Shown: piece after piece, positions 54,442 through 62,549 of the stretch
Layout of the letters: each line of letters starts with the position of its first letter
Position numbering within the stretch: the stretch's first letter is position 1
NCBI GenBank assembly: GCA_016840035.1
Contig: JAEOTC010000076.1
Span: forward strand, 9,419 to 73,418
Reading direction: 5' to 3'
Length of the DNA: 64,000 nt
Source of the DNA: Candidatus Hodarchaeota archaeon
Lineage (GTDB): Archaea > Asgardarchaeota > Heimdallarchaeia > Hodarchaeales > Hodarchaeaceae
The notes under the pieces: model-generated
The model's database searches: none
What the model saw: only the letters and a program-made list of their open reading frames with translations
What the model was told of the DNA's origin: nothing
Program-made: the position numbers and the translations under genes

Positions 54442-55566
54442 TTGAAGGTTTTCCGATTGTGGGAACACGTAATAGCACATGTAGATCTTGATGCCTTTTT
54501 TGCTGCTGTTCACATTAAAATTAACCCTTTTTTAAAGAATTATCCAGTAATTATTGGTTCTGATCCCCAGGCAGGAAAAGGCAGGGGAGTTGTTTCCACA
54601 TGTTCATATGAAGCGCGTAAGTTTGGGTTACATTCTGGTATGCCTATTTCCACTGCATATAAACAATGTCCAGACGGAATATATATCTGCTCAGGACGAG
54701 AAGTGGCGTTTGCAAATTACCACACCGAATCAGAAAAAGTCATGAATATTCTAAAAGAATATAGTCCCATCTTCCAAAGTGCAGGTTTAGATGAGGCTTA
54801 TCTTGATATAACAGAGGAGTGGGAGAAATATGGGGATACTCCCGAAGGAATAGCTCGCGATATACAATTACGGATACAGAGAGAGGTTTCCTTACCAATC
54901 TCTGTGGGGATTTCAGAGACGAAATCTATTGCTAAAATTGCCTCAGATCTCAACAAACCGAATGGAGTAGCAATTATTAGTAATGCTGATATTTCTGACA
55001 AGTTATATTCATTACCAGTGCGAAAAATAATAGGCGTAGGTAAGAAAACAGAACAAGCGCTAATTAAAAAGGGTTTGAAGACAATAGGTGATATTGCACA
55101 AACCTCTAGAGAAAAAATATTCCTTCTACTGGGAGATTATGGATTACATTTGCAAACGGTAGTCCATGGCAAAAATTACCGTCCGGTGGGTTATTTTCGT
55201 GGAGAAAGAAAATCTATTAGTTCAGAACGGACTTTCAGAACCGATCAAAATGACTGGAGAATCATTAATACTAGGGTGAGAGAGATTACAACAAAACTAG
55301 TAAATAGACTCCAAGAACATAATCTCTTAACCAGAACAGTTAGTATAAAGATCCGTTTTGAGGGTTATATTACCTATACGCGTAGTTCCAGTTTTACTAC
55401 CCATTTAAGTAATGAATCAGCTATTCTGAAAAAAACCAATTCTTTATTAGACGAATTCCGATCATCAGAGAAGAAAGTTCGTTTAATTGGCGTAAAAGTT
55501 TCTAATTTGAAGAAACAGGGTGGCCAGACTGTTTTAACTCAATTTCTTTCTAACAAAATCCCTTAA
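54442..55566 (+). CDS. dinB: Y-family DNA polymerase IV (Dpo4/Dbh/DinB-like)
   Basis: ..IAHVDLDAFFAAV.., ..SAGLDEAYLDIT.. and ..SVGISETKSIAKIASDLNKPNG... There is no in-frame ATG before the catalytic DLD, so a TTG start (54442 or 54457) is implied. Confidence 0.9.
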   Translation: MKVFRLWEHVIAHVDLDAFFAAVHIKINPFLKNYPVIIGSDPQAGKGRGVVSTCSYEARKFGLHSGMPISTAYKQCPDGIYICSGREVAFANYHTESEKVMNILKEYSPIFQSAGLDEAYLDITEEWEKYGDTPEGIARDIQLRIQREVSLPISVGISETKSIAKIASDLNKPNGVAIISNADISDKLYSLPVRKIIGVGKKTEQALIKKGLKTIGDIAQTSREKIFLLLGDYGLHLQTVVHGKNYRPVGYFRGERKSISSERTFRTDQNDWRIINTRVREITTKLVNRLQEHNLLTRTVSIKIRFEGYITYTRSSSFTTHLSNESAILKKTNSLLDEFRSSEKKVRLIGVKVSNLKKQGGQTVLTQFLSNKIP

Positions 55567-55683
55567 TTTAGCCTCGATACTAATTTCTTCATTATCTAGC
55601 TCTGGGTATTCAAGAACATTAAAAATATTGGTTCTTCCAGAGAATATTATACAAAATCTACTGTTCTTAAGAGGTTTTCAAAA

Positions 55684-57246
55684 ATGGTTTATCGACTTTC
55701 AAAAATGCGATTTAAGACTAAAGTTCTATTTTTTTGTGTGATTTGGATTTTTTCAGCTATAGTAGCTACTCTAGGGGCGATGTTCATTACAACCGCCGCT
55801 ATACTACCGAGTACCCCTTATAATATTCAAGAAAATCAACTTATCAGGGATATTCGGGAAGATATGGGTCCTTGGGAACAGTGGAATTATTTTAATGAAG
55901 AAAATGGGGACTGGTATCCCGATGTTACCATCCAAGAACAAGAGGGTAAATTATATGTTTTAGATGATTCTCAAAATCGTATTCCAGATTTTAGACCTTA
56001 TCGACTTGAAGAACAAAGGGAAAATGGATGGGTTTTTTTCTTTGCAGAAGCAGAAATACTTCATTTCTCTTATCATGACCCCCTTAGTAATAATATCACT
56101 ATCTATAATGTTGACATTGGTTTCAAGGAAGCAATTTGGGTAGATCTTGAAGGTCATAAGATAATTCCCCATTACCAACCTCAGAAAGCTTTTCCAATTT
56201 TCTCACAAAGTGAAGATGGAACAGCAACAGGTTCTGATCGTGCTGACAGTTTTTTGGGAAATTACTACATCGTTCGGAATAGGCCAGTCCTTGAATGGAT
56301 TAAGCAAATATTCATTGCTATCCGAGAGAACTTTCTTACAGAATTTTTGTTTGTAGGCAATTTACTGCTCTTAACAGTAGCGGTTGGAGGTGGTGTGTGC
56401 ATACTAACTGCATTCATTTTGATTATATTCCGTATAGTTCGTTTGATAGGGGGACGTTACTGGACATATATGGTACTAAAAATGTTGAACGGTAAAACAG
56501 GAAGATTAATCAGTCTAATTCCTGTTTTTGATTTTGATGGAGAAAATTACATCGAGGAAAGTTTCGTTAATATTATTAATTTATCAAGTGTTCGATCTAC
56601 GATAGGAGAGCTGTATCGTCAGAGAGCTTACGATATTTTATTCTTTCCGACCGCATTGGCTGCAATTTTCACTATCGTTTTTGTACAAAATTCTCCCTTT
56701 GATGATAAAGTAACGGCTCTCATCTGGAGTCCAATTTTATCACCCATTGTCCTACTTGTCCTTTTATTCTACATTCCAGTTATTTGGAGTTTTAATGAAG
56801 GTGGATTTAAACGGATCCAATCGAGTCCTCAGGGCGATCTAGTTGCTGTAAAACCGCTTGGAAAGATTTTACGTGATGGTTTAGGTATCATAATTGGTTT
56901 TTCTGGTATTATTTCTCTTGGTGCTCTTGCTGTTGATATAACGGAAAGTTTTGCAGGCCAAGCTACATCATCGGAGGGTATTCAGGTCGCAGGATTTTCG
57001 TTGGATCTTTTTAGTATTACTCTCCTTATCTTTTGGACAATTGGCCTTTTTTTGATCTTACTCGCAAGTGTTCTGGTAGGTGCTTCCTTAATTGCAGTAT
57101 CATACCTTCAATCCTCTCATTTACATACTATTAAAGAGCTACGCGAACGATCGGAAAAAGATAACGTGATAAGCAACTTTGGATCCCTATCAACCCAATT
57201 TAAACCCAAAGGAATCGAAACTATTTATTCTATCGATAATGAATGA
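55684..57246 (+). CDS. Polytopic membrane protein, function unknown
   Basis: N-terminal TM helix, a ~190-aa extracytoplasmic segment, then at least 6 TM helices. No family recognised. Confidence 0.6.
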   Translation: MVYRLSKMRFKTKVLFFCVIWIFSAIVATLGAMFITTAAILPSTPYNIQENQLIRDIREDMGPWEQWNYFNEENGDWYPDVTIQEQEGKLYVLDDSQNRIPDFRPYRLEEQRENGWVFFFAEAEILHFSYHDPLSNNITIYNVDIGFKEAIWVDLEGHKIIPHYQPQKAFPIFSQSEDGTATGSDRADSFLGNYYIVRNRPVLEWIKQIFIAIRENFLTEFLFVGNLLLLTVAVGGGVCILTAFILIIFRIVRLIGGRYWTYMVLKMLNGKTGRLISLIPVFDFDGENYIEESFVNIINLSSVRSTIGELYRQRAYDILFFPTALAAIFTIVFVQNSPFDDKVTALIWSPILSPIVLLVLLFYIPVIWSFNEGGFKRIQSSPQGDLVAVKPLGKILRDGLGIIIGFSGIISLGALAVDITESFAGQATSSEGIQVAGFSLDLFSITLLIFWTIGLFLILLASVLVGASLIAVSYLQSSHLHTIKELRERSEKDNVISNFGSLSTQFKPKGIETIYSIDNE

Positions 57247-57287
57247 GTATTATAGGAATTAATTATTGTTAATTCGACTCTCATTCC

Positions 57288-57296
57288 TTTTTTTTT
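57288..57296 (+). terminator. T9 tract, candidate terminator
   Basis: ccTTTTTTTTTa lies 42 nt after the stop of 55684..57246. Confidence 0.35.
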
Positions 57297-57418
57297 ATCT
57301 AAATGCTAGTATAAATGCTGATTACGATTATCAAAAACAATCGAATTCTGAGCTTCTGCGAGGGCCGAAAGCAAGTCATATTAAAAGTTAAAGCTTCACG
57401 GCTATATAGGTAAGAACT

Positions 57419-57949
57419 GTGGACAAGAGACAACGTCAAGCATTCTATGAAGAATATGAACAGGTAGACCCAAACAACTATTCTGAGCTATTCGATATAA
57501 TCCGAAGAATAGTAAGTTTCGTTAAACGAAAATCACGAGTAGGTATCTTATTAGGATTAGAAGACCTTGGATTCCATCCACAAGGGTTTGTGGGTGGATA
57601 TCATAGAGTAGGTACAAATGAAATTTACCTAAATCGAAATGTACTTCAAATTATGCGCGAAGAAACTCCTAAAGATCATTATAAGGCATTTCTATTCCAT
57701 TTACTACTTCATGAATATATACATTCAACCGGGGAAGTAAATGAGATGGAGACTAGAAGACAAACTACACGCATTTCGAATCTAATATTTCATACAAAAC
57801 ATCCCGTTTTTAAGATTGCCAATTGGGGATTAAATGCCCTCTTCCCTCACGAATTTTATGAAGGCCATTATGAACCTGAAGACCATATCCCAAGAAATAT
57901 CGAGTTTATTCAGCTAGAACATCATGACAGCCGATTAACTTATATCTAA
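57419..57949 (+). CDS. Small soluble HExxH protein (putative minimal zinc metallopeptidase)
   Basis: ..FLFHLLLHEYIHSTGE.. is the only recognisable motif. GTG start. Confidence 0.5.
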   Translation: MDKRQRQAFYEEYEQVDPNNYSELFDIIRRIVSFVKRKSRVGILLGLEDLGFHPQGFVGGYHRVGTNEIYLNRNVLQIMREETPKDHYKAFLFHLLLHEYIHSTGEVNEMETRRQTTRISNLIFHTKHPVFKIANWGLNALFPHEFYEGHYEPEDHIPRNIEFIQLEHHDSRLTYI

Positions 57950-58171
57950 ATAACTAATTATTTATCAATACCAATTTTAAAAACTATTTTTCTTTTTGAT
58001 CATTATTGACACCTGAAACTCCGTCTATCTGAGGTATACGGAGAATTAAGGAGAGATACACAACTGCAATATAGACCAAGAGAGAACTTTTTTAACTGAA
58101 TATACTGATACGACAAGTAATTGGATTCAAGATTGGGAAATACATAGTATAGACAATAATGAGCGGATATT

Positions 58172-58411
58172 ATGAAAAAAATTGGTGGATTGGCTAAAGG
58201 TGCAGCAAAAGGGGTAGTTAAAGAGGCAATGAGTACAGCACTACAAACAGCTGTAAAAGAAATCGTTGTAGAAACAGGAGCGAAAGATATCGCAAAAGAT
58301 CAGCTACTAGAGGTCGGAAAAAAGGTCTTGGGAGACAAATCGATACCCAATAAACAAAAGGTAGAAAAAGAAATCTTAAAAACCCTAATCAAGAAAGAAT
58401 TAGGGCTCTGA
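58172..58411 (+). CDS. Small Lys-rich amphipathic-helix protein
   Basis: 79 aa, about 24% Lys, no Cys/Trp/His/aromatic residues, with periodic hydrophobic residues (GLAKGAAKGVVKEAMSTALQTAVKEIVVE..). Confidence 0.4.
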   Translation: MKKIGGLAKGAAKGVVKEAMSTALQTAVKEIVVETGAKDIAKDQLLEVGKKVLGDKSIPNKQKVEKEILKTLIKKELGL

Positions 58412-58418
58412 ATTAGAG

Positions 58419-60581
58419 TCACGTTTCTCCAGGAATGCTCCTTTCGTTTGTATTTGTAGAATTTTGGTCTCTGGTTATTGTTTCATTTGTCTCATTGGAA
58501 CTACTCCTGTTCCAGGTTCTTCTTTCTAAACGTATTTTCAAGCAAGAAAGTTCCAAATACAACGTTAATATTAGTAAACTGATGATTCGTAGTATTGCAT
58601 AGCTATCACCAACTAGCACTTGATAGAGTGCGCCAAGGAACATAATAATTAGTAGAATACGACTAAAATTTCTGAATACTATAGTAATGAAACCCTCAGG
58701 GTGTTTTCTTAGAAACTGGAACCATTGAATTACAACAATAATAAACACTTGAACTACGAGTAAGCCTAATAAGTACCAACTCCAGATTGTAAACCCTCCA
58801 ATCCGGTAAAGACTGTAGCTATCATTAACAGCTGAAAAAGAGAAGACAGGGATAACATAAGAACCATCTAATGTTGTACTAGTTAGAATTGTCAGAATAA
58901 GAAGAACACTTTCATAAATCATACTCAGAAAAAGGAAGAGAGCAATCCCAATTGCCTTTAGGAACGAATACACAGGTGTAAGGAGGGTAACTAACAGCGA
59001 TGTCAGCTGGACCAAGAATGAGTATAAACCTCTTGAAATCGTAACTATTCCTGATTCACTCGGTGAGGAGGGAGGGGGAGTCTGAGAGTCTTGAATCTGT
59101 GGACTAACCATTGAGGTACTTTTGATCTCTCTGGGAACTTCACTTAAAGATTCAGTAGCATTTATGGCTCTACTTGGAGACGAAGATTTTCGAGGTTCCA
59201 AAGCGGGTCGATAATTCGACACATGTAAACTGCTTTGCCCAAACGATTGTAGACTAGCTACAAGCGATTTTTTTAAGGCTTGATGCCTCTGGAATCCTAC
59301 CGTAGCTTCGTAAAAACCATAGATAATGAAGAAAAAGAGGGTAAGAAACACTTCAAATGAATAAAGATATCCATAGTCGAACGCAAATATCATCAATAAG
59401 GAACGTATTCCAATCATTCTTCCAATCCAGAAGCTAGTGCTATCCAATCTTAACACGGAATGTGCTTGCTTAGCTTCTGATGAAAAACTTGTTATAATAA
59501 ATGCAATTAAAACTATACTCGCCAAGAATAGATGGGTTGCAAGATAAACCACTAAATAGTGGGTTTCGAAAGTGCTATAATAGGTAGTGAATAAATTTCC
59601 GTCCCAACCATAACCCCAGGGATAAAAGAAACTAAAGAAGAGAGAAATTCCTCCAAAAACAAGAGCCACTTTCTGCTTAGTTGTTAATTGTTGTATGGAG
59701 AGAATCCTTCCATTAAATTCCCTTTTAAAATGCGAATACACTGTATTTTCCTCTATAGATTTCGCAATTGTAATTAAAGCTGGAGATAAGGTATGGTTCC
59801 ATAGATTGCTTTTTAATTGCCTTTCCATTAGAATTTGGATAACAATCAATGATGGAAAGATAACATAAGCAATCCAAGGTATTGGAAGTAATGATGCTTT
59901 GAAGAATAGGCCAAAAAAACCCACCCGGGAAATTGTGTTTATAACTCCGTCATCTAAGCTCCTCCTGAATCCCCTAGAAGATAAACGGTTCTTCCATTTA
60001 GGTATTATCCACCCCTCAAGAATAAAGAACATAACAATCCATACATAAGTAACAGCCAGATAACTATTAATCAGGTCAAGAACATCCTCATAAGAGAAGT
60101 TAGTTTGATATGGATTTCCAAAAGGTGAAAATATTGCCATTAGGATTGCAGGAAGAAAGAACATTCCAAAAATAACACGATAGAGGGCGAAAACCTTGAA
60201 TTTCCTGAGCTGCCCAAAGAAAGTGTCAGAACTAGAAGGAAATTTCTTTCCTGCTAATCGAGCCTTATCCATTCCTGATTTCTTCTGTTTTGGTGTAAAT
60301 GTGGATTGAGATTTAGGTGTTGGGACAAATTCTTCGCTATCAGACTCGTAATACTGATCACATATTTCAGAGGGAGAACCACATTCCTCCATGGCCTGTA
60401 AAACGTTTGAATGAGTAATTGTATTTCCTGTAGCTAGTTCATTACTTCTAATATACATAAAATCATTAATTTCATTGAGTAACGTATCAATTTCATTGGG
60501 ATGCATTTTGCAGGTGGATTTTAGGTACTCCTCAATACTATCAACATAAGATCGGATTAACACCTTTGCATCTTGATTCAT
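58419..60581 (-). CDS. Large polytopic membrane protein with DUF1700-like N-terminal domain (PadR partner)
   Basis: N-terminal MNQDAKVLIRSYVDSIEEYLK..HPNEIDTLLNEINDFM resembles the DUF1700 proteins usually encoded after PadR. It has at least 14 TM helices, split by an S/P-rich linker. Confidence 0.7.
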   Translation of the reverse strand: MNQDAKVLIRSYVDSIEEYLKSTCKMHPNEIDTLLNEINDFMYIRSNELATGNTITHSNVLQAMEECGSPSEICDQYYESDSEEFVPTPKSQSTFTPKQKKSGMDKARLAGKKFPSSSDTFFGQLRKFKVFALYRVIFGMFFLPAILMAIFSPFGNPYQTNFSYEDVLDLINSYLAVTYVWIVMFFILEGWIIPKWKNRLSSRGFRRSLDDGVINTISRVGFFGLFFKASLLPIPWIAYVIFPSLIVIQILMERQLKSNLWNHTLSPALITIAKSIEENTVYSHFKREFNGRILSIQQLTTKQKVALVFGGISLFFSFFYPWGYGWDGNLFTTYYSTFETHYLVVYLATHLFLASIVLIAFIITSFSSEAKQAHSVLRLDSTSFWIGRMIGIRSLLMIFAFDYGYLYSFEVFLTLFFFIIYGFYEATVGFQRHQALKKSLVASLQSFGQSSLHVSNYRPALEPRKSSSPSRAINATESLSEVPREIKSTSMVSPQIQDSQTPPPSSPSESGIVTISRGLYSFLVQLTSLLVTLLTPVYSFLKAIGIALFLFLSMIYESVLLILTILTSTTLDGSYVIPVFSFSAVNDSYSLYRIGGFTIWSWYLLGLLVVQVFIIVVIQWFQFLRKHPEGFITIVFRNFSRILLIIMFLGALYQVLVGDSYAILRIISLLILTLYLELSCLKIRLERRTWNRSSSNETNETITRDQNSTNTNERSIPGET

Positions 60582-60601
60582 AGACTTCATTTCTTTCAAC
60601 C

Positions 60602-60913
60602 TCAATTCCTCTTAGAGGAATGAATTTCATTATACCAACTTTGAATGGATTTATGATAAGTAAAATATGTTTGAATCATGGATTCAATCATTGATTCACC
60701 AGCATTAGTAATAGTATAGATTCTTCGGGGCATCCCTGGAGATTTCAAGTCTTCCGCAATTACAGAGGTGATCAAACCATGTTCTTCCATTCGATTAAGC
60801 AATGGATAAACGGTACCAGCCTTTAACGGAATATCAGTTTCCCTAAGCAATTTGATTAGCCCATAACCATGTGCATCTTGCGTACGTAATCGAATTAGCA
60901 ATAGAATCATCAA
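60602..60913 (-). CDS. PadR-family transcriptional regulator (5' end probably extends upstream, up to 61015)
   Basis: ..AHGYGLIKLLRE..LKAGTVYPLLNRMEEHGLI.. is the PadR wHTH. The conserved helix-1 residues (RRGLLKL) are encoded upstream of the track start. Confidence 0.8.
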   Translation of the reverse strand: MMILLLIRLRTQDAHGYGLIKLLRETDIPLKAGTVYPLLNRMEEHGLITSVIAEDLKSPGMPRRIYTITNAGESMIESMIQTYFTYHKSIQSWYNEIHSSKRN

Positions 60914-61065
60914 TTTGAGTAGCCCACGCCTGAAATCACGTTCCCAATCTTGAATAATCTTGGGTTTTTCTTTGGATTTCTTGTTTAAATGTTCAAAGTT
61001 ATCGTTTGACAGATTTCATGCCCCAATAGTTTTTATTATGCGAAATATGCTATTGTGACCCTTAT

Positions 61066-61091
61066 CAGTACATCTATATATAGGTGTACTG
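61066..61091. promoter_or_regulatory. 26-bp near-perfect palindrome centred on TATATATA; candidate PadR operator overlapping a TATA box
   Basis: CAGTACATCTATATATAGGTGTACTG is self-complementary at 24 of 26 positions. It lies 50-75 nt upstream of the PadR reading frame, in the spacer shared with the divergent thpR. Confidence 0.45.
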
Positions 61092-61178
61092 ACACTTTAA
61101 AACCTTGTATTTAAGGCAAAGGAAAAATCTTTAAATCTTGAGCCTCGACTCAAACACTATAATTATTAACTTTCAAGG

Positions 61179-61766
61179 ATGATTGACTTGGTAAGATGCT
61201 TCGTATGTGTAGAAATAGCGAAAACTGCTAATATTCAGATAATTGATGATGTTCTCCAAAATTTGAAACAGATTAAAGGAATCAGGCCTGTTAAAACAAC
61301 CCAGTTACATCTAACATTGAAGTTCCTTGGTGAGATCCCCGAAAAGAAGCTCCCTGACATAATTCAACAACTCCAAACAATCAAACTTCCCTCCTTCTCA
61401 CTGCAATTTTCAAGTATTGGCACATTTCCGAATAAAGCCCGACCACGGGTCATTTGGACGGGTTTAGTTCTAGGTCAACAAAACTTAATCACATTGGCAA
61501 AAGAAGTTGACCAAAAACTTTCAATGATTGGTATTCCAAGAGAAAAACGACGGTTTTCCCCTCATTTAACGCTTGGACGGGTAAAAAGATTGACTGATGA
61601 CACAAACCAGCAATTAAACGCCTTTTTCCAAGAAATGGAAGGTTTAATTGGGCAGGAAGAAGAAATTCTTCATTTTATATTTAAAGAAAGTACGCTCACT
61701 CCCTCTGGTGCTATCTATAAAGACCTAGCTACCTTTCCCCTAGTTGAATCAAGGAACTCAGAATAA
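61179..61766 (+). CDS. thpR: RNA 2',3'-cyclic phosphodiesterase (2H family, ThpR/LigT)
   Basis: Two HxTx motifs: HLTLKFLGE and HLTLGRV. Confidence 0.85.
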   Translation: MIDLVRCFVCVEIAKTANIQIIDDVLQNLKQIKGIRPVKTTQLHLTLKFLGEIPEKKLPDIIQQLQTIKLPSFSLQFSSIGTFPNKARPRVIWTGLVLGQQNLITLAKEVDQKLSMIGIPREKRRFSPHLTLGRVKRLTDDTNQQLNAFFQEMEGLIGQEEEILHFIFKESTLTPSGAIYKDLATFPLVESRNSE

Positions 61767-61775
61767 AGTAAGAAG

Positions 61776-61964
61776 CTAAATCATCTTTTGATTATTTTTC
61801 TTTTGTGCAATAGCCGAGATATTCTCAAAATAGACTTCTTGTTTGCATGGATCACATAAATGCTTGTTCTTATCATTTGGATGTTCGTATATCTTCAGTT
61901 TATTAGATTCAATACGTCCACATGTATCACAGACGTTTCTATTGCCCAATTTCATCGAATGCAT
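61776..61964 (-). CDS. Small zinc-ribbon protein
   Basis: 62 aa with CDTCGR..(22 aa)..CDPC. Confidence 0.4.
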   Translation of the reverse strand: MHSMKLGNRNVCDTCGRIESNKLKIYEHPNDKNKHLCDPCKQEVYFENISAIAQKKNNQKMI

Positions 61965-62137
61965 CTCTTAGAGTAATGTAATTTATTTCTTTATTGATGT
62001 AATTTCTTTATGTTACATCTACAATGTATTTATGTAATAAAAGCTTAACTAACCAATGTATCCGTAGGTTAGCAAAAATAAACAAATTTTCTGGTTTTAG
62101 GCTAGTTACGAAAGAGGAAAAGGAGAAAAATAGATTA

Positions 62138-62485
62138 TTAGAGGACTTTTTTCAATTTCAACAAATCTACCATTTTCCCCTTAATTTTTAAATCACCTGC
62201 AGTGAAAGCATTCATTGCTTTGATTTCTTTATTTAAAACTCCCAGCCAAGTGGTGGAATTTGTTATTAAAAGAATATCATACTTCTTTGATTTATCAATT
62301 GGGCCCTCTACGAGATCTCCAGGTACACCTGCTGTCAATGTGGTCGTCCACGTTTTATCATATTCTTTAAAAGAAAAGGCTACAGTTTTGTTCCATTTCT
62401 TAAACCGCTTTCGATTTTCTTCTTCAGAAAGCTTTCCTAGTACTTTATTTATTCCGTTCACTACTTGGGCTTCAGTTTCAGACAT
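62138..62485 (-). CDS. SCP2 (sterol-carrier-protein-2-like) lipid-binding domain protein
   Basis: 115 aa ending ..AFTAGDLKIKGKMVDLLKLKKVL, the characteristic SCP2 C-terminal pattern. Confidence 0.7.
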   Translation of the reverse strand: MSETEAQVVNGINKVLGKLSEEENRKRFKKWNKTVAFSFKEYDKTWTTTLTAGVPGDLVEGPIDKSKKYDILLITNSTTWLGVLNKEIKAMNAFTAGDLKIKGKMVDLLKLKKVL

Positions 62486-62549
62486 AATTTCACCAAACCG
62501 TGGGAGTACTTTTATCTATATCCGAGCAAAAATTTGAGAGAAAAAAAGA

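Noticed and set aside
57990-58050. 6-bp stem CTCCGT..ACGGAG with a 13-nt loop after the HExxH gene. Also TTGATCA-N10-CTGA, which superficially resembles half of a C/D box.
   Set aside because: The stem is weak with a large loop. The box has CA instead of the GA needed for a K-turn, and there is no second box pair.
61996-62019. ATGTAATTT direct repeat and GATGTAA-N10-TTACATC inverted repeat upstream of the small zinc-ribbon gene. The ATGT/ACAT halves are reminiscent of PadR-type operators.
   Set aside because: The arms are short (7 bp) and AT-rich, the spacing does not match the ATGT-N8-ACAT rule I remember, and a far better palindrome exists next to the PadR gene itself.
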